From NCBI RefSeq assembly GCF_009914755.1, contig NC_060927.1: a DNA stretch of 64,000 bases, one strand, 5' to 3'. How positions within the stretch are numbered: the first letter of the stretch is position 1; each line of letters begins with the position of its first letter. Shown here piece after piece: positions 43,634-59,075 of this stretch. Both the position numbers and the translations under genes were made by a program. This DNA is from the human T2T-CHM13v2.0 reference genome, Homo sapiens. The notes beneath the pieces were generated by a model that was not told the DNA's origin, searched no databases, and was given only the letters and a program-made list of their open reading frames with translations.

Positions 43634-44609
43634 CAATTACTATTACATTTCTAAATTCTAAGTCTCAATTTCTATATTTATACCATTGTGCACAGGTTAA
43701 CAAAAACAGACTTTGCACCTCAGCTCAGGTCTACAGAGCAAATTTAGAGTACACTACTCAGAAGTTACAGAAAAAGGACAAAATGTAGTCTAACAACTTA
43801 GTTGAGGACTGCACTCTACTCAAATTATACTACACAGTAGTAAATGACTACATATCTAGGCAGGAATGCACCACACAGATCAGAACAGACTTTTCATCTG
43901 ACAGATTTTTGTGGTGCTTTCCGGATATAAGAAAGAGTTCTCCAAGTGTTTTTAAAATACCGAAATAAAAGAGTTTCTGGGATGGTTTATCCACAATTAA
44001 GGCATTCTCTTATTAAAAACATAACCTTGCTTTTGCTCACTTGGTTTCTTTAACATCACTATATTTGAGCATGTGTTTTCCATTAGCTAATAATGCAGAA
44101 GTGTGTCATTCTTCTCCCTGAAAATATACTGTTACTATGAAGGCACATCTTGAAAATGGTAGCATCTAATAATAAAAAGAATATATTACTCGAAATAGGA
44201 CTAAACTAGGAAAGGGAGACTGATGGTCTGAAGTGAATTCAAGGATGGGAGACATCAATGTGGGTTGGAATAGCACGTAAAAGCTCCATGAAGAAGGAAG
44301 CACCAGGGCTGGGTGCTTAAAGAGAGGTTAGGATGAGGCAGGCAGATGGGAGCAGGGAAGGAATTTCAGCCCAGTCTGAAAGGGCAGCATGTCCACTGGT
44401 CAGTTTAATACAGGGCTGAACCACAGCAAGGGGAAGATGCAATGGGTGGGCTTCTTTTCCCAGGGGATATCACCCCCACCTTTCTTCCAGGCCCATTCCT
44501 GCCCTCCACAAAAGTATCCACAAAAGTCAATGTTTTCATTAAACTCTCAAGGGAAATGCCAAAGACAAAGAAAAGTTTCAATAATCAAAATCAAAATATA
44601 CAGCCATCT

Positions 44610-45129
<520 letters not shown>

Positions 45130-46310
45130 TTAACATGAATTCTACTCTACTGCCTAAGGAGAGCCCTTAATTAGATTTTTCAAATTGCTAAAAATATTAC
45201 TGCTTAACTCCCTTTGGTTTCAAATATAGCATGATGCATAGTATTATTGAAAATAAACATTTTATTAACATATATGTTATTCCCATGGATCCTTGAGATA
45301 ACTCTAGTGGGTGGATGAGATTATCCTTTTCACAGGCTGAGACCTGGTAAGGCTGAGTTATTTGCTCAAAGTCCTACAGCTTGTCAGTGACAAAACCAAG
45401 ACTTAAACCCAGGTCTCTGCTGTCAAATCCTTTGAAAGTCACCACATGCAAAGTACTTATCCCCCCACACCCGCCTTCCCTGGAACTTACAACAACTCAG
45501 CCAGTAAAGCTTTGGCTATGGAAATATAAGCAACGTTGGAAGTAAAACGGGCACATTAAAAGCAAAAGCACAGATTGGTTAAAAATCTAGGAATCCACTG
45601 CCTTCTGGAAATGACCAAAAGACTTTACCTTTTTCAGGTTGAAGTCTTCAGTGGATCTGGTGTTTTCAGATGCCCAGTTCTGAATTCTCATTCAGAGTTG
45701 CCATAGCTCCCTCTAGGTGACTTCACAGTAACCTCCTGTGAGCCTGAGGCTATTCCTTCTCCACCCCAACTACCTTCTCAAGCATCTGATGGTCTTTTCA
45801 GGCTTGTTCCTGCCTCAGAGTCTTGGTGTTTGTCACTGGCTTTTTAGGAAACATTCTTGTTCCCAGTATCCATTTGCCTGACTTGGCCTCATACTTGCGT
45901 CTCAACTTAAAATGTCCCCTGTCACGTGTTACCCCGGCTCCATCACTCTCTGTGGAATCCCTCTGTTTCACTTTCTCTCTAGTGCTTATGATTATCTGAA
46001 ATTCTTACGATTCATGGAGCATGCAAATACCACACGAACACAACTAAAAAAGAATCAAAGTTAACACAAGAAATACACCAAACGCCACTCATAAACAAAC
46101 ATGCCCTGAAGGAAAAGTTCTTATAAATGAATCCAAAATAACAGAAGACATCAAATATTGAATATTTTGCTAGCTCACATACACCACACAATAAGAAACA
46201 TTCAAAGGTAGTATACGCAGAAAATGTCTACGAAACAACAAAACACCAACCTCTTTTTCCTGGTGTTGAACACTCTTCTCTCTGCCAATACTGTCCACAA
46301 TAATCCTTAA

Positions 46311-46589
46311 TTTTTTTTTTTTTAATCGAGACAGAGTCTTACACTGTCACCCAGGCTGGAGCACAGTGGTGCAATCTCAGCTCACTGCAACCTCCACCTC
46401 CCGGGTTCAAGCAATTCTCTGCTGGGATTACAGGCACCCACTACCACACCCGGCTAATTTTTTGTAATTTTAGTAGAGACAGGGTTTCACCATCTTGGCC
46501 AGGCTGGTCTTGAACTCCTGACTTCGTGATCCACCCGCCTCGGCCTCCCAAAGTGCTGGGATTAGAGGCGTGAGCCACTGCACCCGGCC
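46311..46589 (-). mobile_element. Alu (AluSg-like) with small deletion
   Basis: Antisense Alu; aatcctta flanks. Confidence 0.92.
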
Positions 46590-47247
46590 AATCCTTATTA
46601 TTTCCGAATGAAACAACTTTTAATTCCTGCAAATCATCTTCTATATTTTTCTCTCCATGAAATAAGTGAGGTTGCAAAAATCAGCTACGTAAAAACTAGT
46701 ATCTGAGCTGTCCAGCGTAAAGGATATTAGGACTCCCTGGCCGACTTCCCCTCTGGAAAATGTGGATCAGCCTTTCTAACAGACTCCTGGGGCAGCTCTC
46801 CAGCATGCCTTATCATTAGAGGACTCTCTTGGTCATTAACCATAATGACCACTCATAGTCTACATTTCAATCTGCAACACAGTGGGGCAGACACTCAGAA
46901 GTCTGCTTATTCTCAGCATGTAATGCTGACATGAGTCAATTTTTTAATAAAAGTCATAAATTTATGGTTCTAAAATATAGAGAATGACTTCTAGTTGTGA
47001 TCAAATAACCCATTTTCTAGGGATGGTCTTTTATAATGCCAATTCCATGCACAATTGGGAATCAAGTTAAGGTGTGTCTATGACCAGGTAGAGTATTCTC
47101 ATTACCAGAAGCCTTTGCTCACAGTGCCTCATGAAGCTACCCTCAAAATGTACTCAAGTATATAAATTTTCTCTTCCCGTACTGACACCATCACTGAAGG
47201 GCTAGTATCAACATTATTTCCATAGCCCACCTTTAAGGAGTTAATAT

Positions 47248-47730
47248 AGTCTGGGCATGGTGGCTCATGCCTGTAATCTCAACATTTTGCAAGGCAGAAG
47301 CAGGAGGATCACTTGAGCCCAGGAGTTCAAGATCAGCCTGCACAACAAAGTTGAGACCCCATCTCTACAAAAAAAAAAAAAATTGTTTAATTAGCTAGGT
47401 GTTGTGGCACATGCCTGTAGTCCAAGTTACTTGGGAGGCCAAGGTGGGAGGACTGGCTTGAGCCTGGGAGGTTGAAGCTGCAGTGAGCCGTGATCACACC
47501 ACTGCACTCCAACCTGGGTGACAAAGCAAGACCCTGTCTCAAAAAATAATAATTAGGCCAGTGTGGTGGTGGGTGCCTATAATCCCAACTATTCAGGAGG
47601 CTGATGCAGGAGGATCACTTGAGCTCAAAAAGTCAAGGCTGCAGTGAGCTGTGATCATACCACTGTACTCCAGACTGAGTGACAGAGTGAGACCCTGTAT
47701 CCCCAAAAATTAAAAAAATGTAAAAAGAAA
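47248..47730 (+). mobile_element. AluJ followed directly by an extra right monomer
   Basis: Dimer to about 47555, then ggccagtgtggtggtgggtgcctataatccc...gagaccctg. Confidence 0.88.
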
Positions 47731-47814
47731 AGAATGTAAATTAGCTGCTGCCCGCTTTATTTCAGGGATGTGGGGATTCCAAGCAAGATAATCAAACCCA
47801 GATAGTATCTACAC

Positions 47815-48154
47815 CAGCGATCACTAACCTTTTTGGCACCATGGACCGGTTTGGTGGAAGACAATATTTCCATGGGCCAGGGGTGGGGGATGGTTTGGGG
47901 ACGAAACTGTCCCACCTCAGATCATCAGGCACTAATTAGATTCTCATAAGGAGCGCACAACTAGATCCCTCACATGTGCAGTTCACAACAGGGTTCACAC
48001 TCCAATGAGAATCTAATGCCACCACTGATCTGACAGGAGGCGGAACTCAGGCAGTAATGCTCACTTGCCCACTGCTCACCTTCTGCTGTTCGGCTCAGTT
48101 CCTAACAGGCCACAGACCAGCATCAGTCCATGACCTGGGGGTTGGGGACCCCTC
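47815..48154 (+). mobile_element. MER1B (hAT-Charlie MITE)
   Basis: aacctttttggcacca...gaaactgtcccacctcagatcatcaggca...gggttggggacccct; atcta-containing 8-bp flanks. Confidence 0.9.
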
Positions 48155-48838
48155 ATCTAGCTCATAACCTTCTGTCTATGTTTGGATAATATTACCTTAA
48201 ATAACTGAATATAAAACAATAAACATGTTTAAGTATTTGAGGCTGCCAAAGTGAAGAGTTACAGAGTACTTTTGTTAAGAGATAGATATAATTGAGAATC
48301 TCAAATTTGGAAAAAGATCTTTTATCCCCCCATGAAAAAGTTATCACAATGAAAACACATTTAAAAATGAGGATAAATGCAATGCTGTACTGTTGAAAAT
48401 ACACAAGTCTTTCAAATGCATATTCCAGAGGAAAAACAAGCACCCTTGAAAATCAATCACTGAAAAACAACCAATAAAGTACGCCACCATTGCAAATGGC
48501 TTTCCTGTTTACATACTAATCGAAGTGGTTGTTGGGGCAGCACCATGCCAAACACTGATACGATGGAGGACATGGAAGCATGAGATAGCTGGGAAAGTGA
48601 TCATCTAATCTGAGAAAAGAGTCACTACTACTTATTAAAGAACTACTTACTTAAAACATCCTGCGTTAGAAACGAGTGCCCCCAACCTCCATCAAAACTC
48701 TACAGTAGCTTCCTATCACTTTCAGGCCATAATCCCAAAATACCTCTTTAATTTTACTTCTCGACATGAAGGTCCTGACCTAGTAGTTAAATCTCTGCTC
48801 ATCACCTATCCAACACAGTAGATGGGTGTCTACCTTGA

Positions 48839-49174
<336 letters not shown>

Positions 49175-51007
49175 TGGACATGGTGGACTTTTGCTATCCA
49201 ACATCTATTTTCCCCATTTCTGATAGAAGCAACCCAGTTTTGTCAAATGAAAATAACTTATCTCCATAGGCTGGTTTAGACATTTTACTCAAACTGGGAC
49301 ATTTGAACGTTTGTCCATGGAATTTGAATCTCAAGCAGAAAAAGACAGAAAAGGGTTGGAGTTGGCTCATCCTCCGGGGGACGCTCTACAGAGATGTGGC
49401 TTCAGCTCCCTCCACCAGCAGCCCCAGAGCTGCCCAGCGTCCACCTTTCTGATCCCATTTTTCAGGTGTTTCTCAGATCCTGTAAACTGCTCCATGTATC
49501 TATTGTTTGTTCACAACAAATTTATTTTCTGCTTAGGGTGGATTCAGGGTAGATTTTTTTTGCACTTAGGACCAAACTATATCCTAACTTGCATGCTTAT
49601 TAAAGTCATTCTTAAACCTTGGGATCAAAACTCAACACCCCTGATTATTTTTAAGCCCTTCAAAGCCACACCCCAACAGCATAACCGCTCTCTCTTCAAA
49701 ACTTTTATATAAGCCTATTATGTATTCTTACTGTTTTCATTTACCCATGCTCCAAACAAATTACCAAATCATACTTTTATAGCCCATTGGATTATTTCCT
49801 AGCATCAAACTTGGCACCCAGAAGGTGATACAAATATTTTTATCTATTATTAAAGTTTCTGTGTAAGGCACTGTGCTTAGTGGCTTCCTGTTCGTTACTG
49901 CATTTCATTCCTCATTATAGGTAGGGTTATCCCATTTGGAGGATAACCAGTCCAAGGCAAAGAGATTAACTTGCCCAAGGGCATTCACAGCTACTAAATG
50001 GACAAACTGAGATTTAAATCCAAGTGTGCCCTTGAAAGCCTAAATTCTCAATCACTGATGATAGAACTTGAAAGGGAAAAGGCAGGTGTGAAAATAATTC
50101 TATCTTAGACATATTTATTTTGTCATCTCTCGAGTCTAGATATGAAACTCTGCCCACTGACATGTTCATGAACCCAATCTTGAAAGCTATTTAAGTTTAA
50201 ATGAAACAATGCATTACTTCAGGTAAATGGAAAACAAAGAAAACTCTGATCTCAAAAAAAAAAAAAAAAGAGTTCTGCTTCCTAAATCATACACATCGTG
50301 TTCTCGCACTGTAGAATTTCTCTCTAATCTGCTCTGACAAAACCAAGTCAGGGGCTGGGGAGACTTGAACAGCAGGCTGAAAAACTGGAAGAGCCCAGTC
50401 TGGGATTAAAAACTAGCTACAAAGGGATAATTCACACATGGATCATTACGATTCAGGGATGGTTAAAAGCAGCTCACATCTGGTTTTATTTGGGCTCCCT
50501 GTTTCGTCTAATAAACAAGTACATGTTTAAACAAACAAAAACAGGTAACAAAAAAATGTTTTTCAGGTCACACGCAAAGTAGGATTAGTTTGGAAAAGGA
50601 AGACCAGCACCTGGAAAACCAATTTCACTTAAGTACCTCACCAAGAGACCCTGACCAAGTGACTTAATCTCTTAGGACCAGCTTCCTTAATCAAATGTGA
50701 AAATAAGGATTCTTTTTTAGTTACCTTAGAAGATTATTATGAGAATCAAAAGAAAGCATGAACATGGAAAATTTTATCAACTCTGACAAGACATTAACAA
50801 ATATCCCCAGAGGAGGTCAAGCAGGCCTACCTGAGTCTACAAGTGGAAAAGTTTGTCAAATACACTATAAATAGCTACACTAGGTACAAGTCATGAAAGG
50901 AAAACCAGACACAGCACCTATATCAGCAAACAACCTATCAGACATCATGAAGAATAAAGTAAACTTTTATCTAGTTTGATCTCTTTAAATACTACCAAGC
51001 CATAAGG

Positions 51008-51305
51008 GGCTGGGCGCAGTGGCTCACACCTATAATCCCAGCACTTTGGGAGGCAAGGCAGGCAGATCACTTGAGGTCAGGAGTTCGAGACCAGCCTGGC
51101 CAACATGGTGAAAACCCTACTACAAAAATTAGCCAGGCGTGGTGGTGCACACCTGTAATCCCAGATACTCAGCAGGCTGAGGCACAGGAGGCGGAGGTTG
51201 AACCCAGGAGGCAGAGGTTGCAGTGGGCAGAGATTGTGCCATTGAACTCCAGCCTGAGCAACAGAGCAAGACTGTCTCAAAAAACAAACAAAAAATAATA
51301 AATAA
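51008..51305 (+). mobile_element. Alu (AluS-like)
   Basis: Dimeric Alu with a short internal caggaggc(g/a)gaggttg duplication. Confidence 0.92.
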
Positions 51306-51569
51306 ACACTTCCAAGCCATGAAGTTCAATTCTTTGAGAACCATTTTTTCATATTTGACAAAATTGCATTTAGATGGAATTAGGATTATTCCTCCTCCCC
51401 AACCCCCCCAAAAAATCCAAAACATGGTTCAATGCTTTCAGGTAATTTCTACCTAAATTCTGACCTAAATTTGGGAGAGGCAACCCCAAAGTATGGCCTG
51501 TAGAAAGCTAATAGGTATAGGTTGTTTCGGAAGATGGGGAGGTAGTGTTCAGAAAGGAGAGATTCCAGA

Positions 51570-51770
51570 AAGGGTTCTGTTAGTTCACTAATTTGGGAAA
51601 TGCTGCATTGGGCAAAACAGGTTCCTTAAACACAGTACTGCTTGGAGCATTTACCATGAGATGCCTTTCAAATCCCTAACAAAGTATTGGAATAAAAAGC
51701 ATTTTGCAAACTTATTTGCAAAGAGCATCCTTCAGGCAGGTGTTCCACAGAAAACAAACTGAAAACACAG
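51570..51770. mobile_element. MER103-like hAT relic
   Basis: tttgggaaatgctg...agcattttgcaaacttatttg...ttccacagaaaaca. Confidence 0.45.
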
Positions 51771-52399
51771 CAGAAGACAGTTAACAGAGGAAATACAGGG
51801 AGGAGAAATTCCTTCGGAACATATCGTATTTTTTGAAGGCAATGTGAGTAGAGTACCATGGAGGAATTCTACCACTGACTGTGTATCCCAAGGTCTTTAT
51901 CTTCAATTCAAGGGGTTCTAACACTCCTGAATATTCTTGGCAATTTAGAAAACACTCACATGGACCCAGAAAGCAATTGCTTTAAACCCAGAGAGACCAT
52001 TAGAAAGGACAAAGGGAGACAAAGAAGGAAGAAAAGAGGATCTTAGACCCTGCTTTCTCCCCTAATGCTTATTAACAACTAATTGGCTTTCATGTTTTCT
52101 CCATTAGGTTTAGCTTCATGATCAAAATCACCTCAGGGCATACTACAATCAACCAAACATCAGCCTTCAAGAGATGCACCATATGTCTACATCCACAGGT
52201 CAGCATACATACTCAGCCAGCATAAACCCGGCGGGGACTTCTACCAACAGAGGGCCTCCTGTGAAAAGCCTGGAAAAAAAAGTCAACTCTCTGTTGCATA
52301 GTGAGCAACATAAATCCAGCAACATTTATTTCAGAACAAAGATCGATCTGTTAACTAATTAATCTGAACCCACAAATGAACACATTCAAACTGGGGTAC

Positions 52400-52648
52400 T
52401 TCCTGGTTTCATCACAAATTCAAATGCCATCAGGGGCCATGCAGATAACCTCAACTAGTGAAGCAGACAATGTCTGAAAAAGTAGAGAATTATGGAGACT
52501 AAGAGGGGACCTGAGAGTTCAAGCCAAGCCTCAAGGCATTCACGCTCAATTCAATTAAAACACAGTGCTGACTCTAGCTCCCCTCAGACAAAACAAAACA
52601 GGTGCAGTCCAAATCCAGCCCACAGGCTACCAGTTTGAGAGCTCTGGG
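52400..52648. mobile_element. MER102-like hAT relic
   Basis: aaattcaaatgccatcaggggccatgcag...tccagcccacaggctaccagtttgagagctctg. Confidence 0.45.
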
Positions 52649-52839
52649 AAGGCCACCATCCTTAAGAGGATTTGAGCCTAATGTTCGACAAATGCCTAAT
52701 AAGCATATTAAATTTACAAATCACAAAGTTGAGAACAGTATCAACCCAAATGTGCCAAACAAATTTGCTTATGGTGGATGGATATTTACAGGATATATGT
52801 ACATATACAAAGGGTTTCAGCACTGTACAACAGAGTTCA

Positions 52840-53012
52840 ATTGCTTAGAGTAACCTGCTGCATGACCTCGGGTAAGATATGTTACTTTTCTGAGCATCAA
52901 CTTCCCCATCTATAAAATGAAGATAATAGCACCCCCTTGGGATAGTAGTGAAAGTTACACAGGAATAAATTTGTAAAGCTCTCAGCATGTAGTAGGCACT
53001 CAATAAATGATA
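52840..53012 (+). mobile_element. MIR
   Basis: tgacctcgggtaagat...ccccatctataaaatgaagataatagcac...gtaggcactcaataaatg. Confidence 0.75.
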
Positions 53013-54080
53013 GTTGATAATTTTTTTACAAAGCATATTTAGGCTAGCATTATAATGCACATTTAGAACAACTCATTCAAGGACAAAGTCAATCTCTTAG
53101 GCAAATTGTGTGGTAAATGATGTTGATCAGTCCCTTGCAAGAAACTGCTAATCATATGACCAGTCTCACTTAGCCTCTTGCCACACAGAGGTCATGAAAG
53201 GATGCTGGTGCCATCTCATGGTAATGCTCAGAGCCCACAGGAGATACAAATGCTAGGACTGTTCACATTTGAACAGCAGCTTGTACATATTTAGCATTAA
53301 TTCTGTTAAATATTTTTAAATACTCAATTCAGAAGCATAAATCCAAACACCAACGGGATGCTAACACATCGCTCCATGCCAAACACCTTGCAATGTGCAC
53401 AGTCATTTGCCCTCTAAAATTCACACCCGTTCAAGTTACTCTTCTCACCTTGTCTTCCAGCAGATGATCTGCACACTTGCCCCTTTTTAGACACTGGCTG
53501 CTTTCTCCTACAGAAAATTTAAATTCCAAATTGTTTGGGTCTTTTTCTTTTTTTAAAATCCCTGAAGAGACTGGACTGGGAAGAGGAAAAACGATGAATA
53601 ACACACAGGTGCTTCCTACCTAATTAAAAGAAAAGTTTACAGCTGCACTGGTTGTGAATCATCCCTCTGGGTTATCCAGTGTATCCTTCAAGTGGCACGT
53701 AGTTCCATCAAGAGCCATATTCCATATGCTTTCCTGAAAACTGCCTTCTCTTTGCTTGGTAAAATGATGACTATCAGGTAACTAATGGCATTTTATACTT
53801 CCTGGCTTTCCTCTCTATGGACAAAGCAGTTCATTTGTGCTTCCTTATTTCTAAAAATAAATAACCCTGAAAAAAGGACTCAACTTAGTGAATCAAGCTT
53901 TGATTTATGTTGAAAAAGCAAGATGCAAATTTGTGTATTTATTATCATTTCTGTGTAAGAAATACATATACATTTATATGATACATATATAAAATGTGAA
54001 TATATATAATATGTATATATTTATATACATATAATTTATAATATTCAATACACAGTATATTATATATATATATTCATCTA

Positions 54081-54754
54081 TTTCTTTCTTTTCTTTTTTT
54101 TGAGACAGAGTCTTGCTCTGTTGCTCAGGCTGGAGCGCAGTGGCACATTTTCAGCTCACTGCAACCTTTGCCTCCCGGGTTGACGCGATTCTCATGCCTA
54201 AACCTCCCAAGAAGCTGGGATTGCAGGCACATGCCACCACACCCAACCAGTTTTTTTGTATTTTTAGTAGAGACGGGGTTTCGCCATGATAGCTAGGCTG
54301 ATCTCAAATTTCTGGCCTCAAGTGATCTTCCCGTCTCAGCCATTGTATTAGTCTGTTCTCATGCTGCTTGATAAAGACATACCCAAGACTGGATAATTTA
54401 TAAAGAAAAAGAGGTTTAATGGACTCACAGTTCCATGTGGCTGGGGAGGCCTCACAATCATGGCAGAAGGCGAAAGGCACACCTTACGTGGTGGCACACA
54501 AGAGAGAAAATAAGAGCCAAGTGAAAGAGGAAACCCCTTATAAAACCATCAGATATTGTGAGACTTTTTCACTACCACAAGAACAGAATGGGAAAAACCA
54601 CTCCATGATTCAATTATCTCCCACCAGCTCCCTCCCACAACACATGGGAATTATGGGAGCTACAATTAAAAATGAGATTTGGGTGGGGACACAGCCAAAC
54701 CACAATCGCCTCCCACAGTGCTGAGATTACAGATGTGAGCTACTGCACCTGGCC
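54081..54754 (-). mobile_element. Alu (old, J/early S) split by a THE1 LTR
   Basis: Antisense Alu to 54343, resuming at cctcccacagtgctgagattacag (about 54709). Confidence 0.9.
54344..54708 (-). mobile_element. THE1 solo LTR nested in Alu
   Basis: tgtattagtctgttctcatgctgc...gagatttgggtggggacacagccaaacca. Confidence 0.94.
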
Positions 54755-54791
54755 TATATACATGAATTTCTTACTTAAGTACATGTATCAT

Positions 54792-54833
54792 ACACACACT
54801 AACACACACACACACACATACACACACACACAC
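54792..54833. repeat. (CA)n microsatellite, interrupted
   Basis: ca run. Confidence 0.9.
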
Positions 54834-55244
54834 CCTGCCACTACCTCCAGAGAAACCAAATAATGAAATAATGAGGATAGGAGAAGACAGTTGTCAGGGA
54901 TAAGATCTACTGTTCTCATTGTATACTTTTTAAAATCTTGGATAATCATACACGTAATATATTAATGGTCCAAAAAAGTTAACTTTGACTTCTTTAAAAA
55001 TTTGTCTGGACTGCCAGGTGTTTTCTTATATTTTAAATTTATAATGTCAAAGGTAATTGAAATAATCTGTTTTTATTTCTTAAGCTTATCCTTAGACATT
55101 TCCACCTTCTTACACATAAAGAGAGAAACATCTAGAAAGATACATATTATACCATTAACTCTAAAGGATGAGGAGTTACGTGGGGCTACAGGGTTTCCTT
55201 TCTCCTCTATCCTTCTACATCACTAGTAGCACTTTTGAAATTGA

Positions 55245-56130
55245 AAAATAAAACCAACAATGAGATACCACTACACACCTATTAGCAAAGCCAAAATCCT
55301 AAACACTGACACCACCAAATGCTGACAAGGATATGGAGCAACAGGAACTCTCACTCATTGCTGGTGGGAATGCAAAATTATATTGCCACTTTGGAAGACA
55401 GTTTGGCAGTTTCTTATAAAACTAAACATAATCTTACCACACAATCTAGCTAGCAATCATGTTCCTTGGTATTCAGCAAAGGAGTTGAAAACTTATGTCC
55501 ACACAAAAACCTGCACATGAAAGTTTATAAAAGCTTTATGTGCAATTACCAAGTCATCCTTCAGTAAATGAATGGATAAAAGAACTATGGTACATCTAGA
55601 CAAGGCAATATGATTCAACACTAAAAAGAAACACACCATCAAGCCATGAAAACACATGGAGGAAACTTACAAATGCATAGTGCTAAGTGAAAGAAGCCAA
55701 TGTGAAACGGCTACATACTATATGATTCCAATTATCTGACATTCTGGAAAAGGCAAAACGATGGAGACAGTAAAAAGATCAAAAGTTAGGGGAGTGGGGA
55801 GATAAATAAGTAGAGCACCAAGAATTTTTAGGCGGTGAAACTAGTCTGTATATTATAATGGTGGACACGTGTCATTACATATTTGTTCAACCCTATAAAA
55901 TGTACAACACCAAGAATGAACCCTAATGTAAACTAAGGTCTTTGGGTGATAATGATGTGTCAATGTAGGTTCATCAATTGTAACAAATGTACCACCTTGG
56001 TGGGGGACGTTGATAATGGGGGAGGCTGTGCACAGGCTGGAAGCAGAGGGTACATAGGAAATATTTGTACCTTCCTCTCAATTTTATTGTGAATCTAAAA
56101 ATGCTCTAACGAAGTCTATTGTTTTTAAAC
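55245..56130 (+). mobile_element. L1MC-type 3' end
   Basis: caatgagataccactacacacctattag...ccctaatgtaaact...tgtgtcaatgtaggttcatcaattgtaacaaatgtacca. Confidence 0.88.
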
Positions 56131-56392
56131 AGCTACTCAGAAAAATAAATGAAACTAATTTTACAGTTACAAAGAGAATATCTACACACTGAGGTAGGGT
56201 CAGAATCAGTAAACATGAATTCCTATCATTAAGCATTTTTATTAAATACCTAGAAGGGCATCTGTAGTTTAAGAAGAAACTTACATAACTCTCTCAGGTC
56301 AATTTTCTGCACTCTACTTTTGCTTCTCTTGGTTAAAAATCTGGGGTTGGGAACATATATTCACCTGTGCATTATACTCTTGCTCCAAAACA

Positions 56393-56693
<301 letters not shown>

Positions 56694-57294
56694 TCCACAA
56701 CATTCTTAAACTGATTTCTTTTGCCAACAAATGAGTTGTTTTCATCCTATTGCTTGGTGACTACACAGGTCAGCTTAAAATTATTGTTTGCTTAAATTCA
56801 AAGAATTTAAAATGCTCTTCTCTTCAAATTATCCCTACCAACAAATAAATGCAAGTTAAGGAGAATGCTTACAAAAAGTTAAGAGGAGTTCAATTATACT
56901 GCAGAGTGATCTGTTTTTCTTAAGGAAGGATAATAATCCTCATTTTCAAAAAAAAAACAAACAAACAAAACAAAATGTAAACTAGCCAAAAGGGTATAAA
57001 ATTGGAATCCCAAATTATTCTGGGAAACAATACTGTGCCCACAAGGGCACTCACTACACATGAAACCAGATAGTATGGTTAACATTGATCTGTGAAGACT
57101 GAAGACTATCAGTTTTCATGATCCTTGCTCAACAGAATTTCACTGGCTTTTCCTTTGGAGAACACTAAACTAATTTCATTGAATTTGAGGGAGCTTTCCC
57201 CCCAGGAGACAAAATGCTGACTTCTCATTCTGAAGTTATAAATGTAAAAACAATTTGATTTTCTACTTCTTAACCTCCAAAATGCTTACACAAG

Positions 57295-57624
57295 GGCCAG
57301 ATGTAATGGCTCATGCCTGTAAATTCCAGCACTTTGGGAAGCTAAGGCAGGACGATCGTTTGAGCCCAGGAGTTTGAGACCAGCCTGGGCAACACAGGGA
57401 GACCCCATCTCTACAAAAAAATTTTTAAATTGGCCAGGAGTGGCGCACGCTCCTGTGGTCCCAGCTACTTGGGAGGCTAAGGGGGAGGATCTCTTGAGCC
57501 CAGGAGTTTGAGGCTGTAGTGAGCTACAGTTGTGCCACTGTACTCTAGCCCAGGTGACAGAGCAAGACCCTGTCTCAAAAAAAAACAAAAAGAAAAAACA
57601 AACAAACAAAAAAGAAACAAACAA
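57295..57624 (+). mobile_element. Alu (AluJ-like)
   Basis: 16-bp TSD aaaatgcttacacaag. Confidence 0.94.
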
Positions 57625-57694
57625 AAAATGCTTACACAAGAGAAGGTATCAGGAGGTAACTTGGATATATTTTCATTCTCTCATTCTCTCTCCT

Positions 57695-57720
57695 TCTCTC
57701 TCTCTCTCTCTCTCTCTCTC
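57695..57720. repeat. (TC)n microsatellite
   Basis: tc run. Confidence 0.9.
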
Positions 57721-58759
57721 ACATTTTTCAAGTTAGAAAAAGGCAACGTTCCCCCATTCGAGGCTTTGTTAACAGTGACCATTATACACGGCTGGAATAA
57801 TTTCTCTCATACAGTCTGTCAGCCTGCTTCCTGATATCTAACTACTGCTTTGAACACTAGAACTCTCAGTTTTAGCCAGACATCACAGACCTTCCATCAT
57901 CTTGACCCCTTTTAACTTTTTTCAATCTTATCCCATTGGTCACCAACTTAAGATTCCTGGAAACTCAGGAATGAAATAAATCTAAGTGGTCACTTGGTCT
58001 AACTTCAGGTCCGATGTTTAAATTCACACAAACTTCTCGCAATGACCCAGACTAGACTTGGAAAGCTCTGAATCAGTGAACAAACCACATTTCTTGGCAG
58101 CCACACTTATTTTAGGGAGTTTTGCACATCACAAATTACCCACAACAGTCCTGTTCACATCCTTTAGGGCCCACACAGAATCTGGCCAACTTCATTTACA
58201 CATATTAGCCATCTATTTAAAGAGCTGGTTTCCACCTGCATCCTGCTGTATTTTTCCCTTCCAGCTAAACACCTCGACCTGTGCCCTCAATTTCTCAAAG
58301 ACCCCTGTGATAGTCATTAAAAACAGTGATATTAAAAAACAAGGGCTCTAAAATTATCTTCTTTTTAGTTTTAAGCAGTGGGGAACAGAACATATTGGAT
58401 CTTCCATCAAATTCTGACAGTCACACACAAACACCGTATGAATTTCTAATCCTGAACCATCTCTTTTTAAGGTATAATACATGTGTCAGGTGAAAACCTA
58501 ATCTCTCTTCTCCTAGATTCAATCACCTCAAGGCATTCCATATTTATAAGCTTCACTCTCTTCTGGGACTTAAGAAATATTTTTAAAACAATATAGTACA
58601 ATTAAATTTAGCCCATTCTTCCCCTTCCCAAAAACATTTTTAACAACTTTTATTTAATTTCACATTTCAGAAGAAAATGAAAATTAAGATTAATTGAATT
58701 ACCCTCCCCCCATGGGTTTTAATTTATATGACAACATTTACATTTGGTAAGAACAAAAT

Positions 58760-59075
<316 letters not shown>

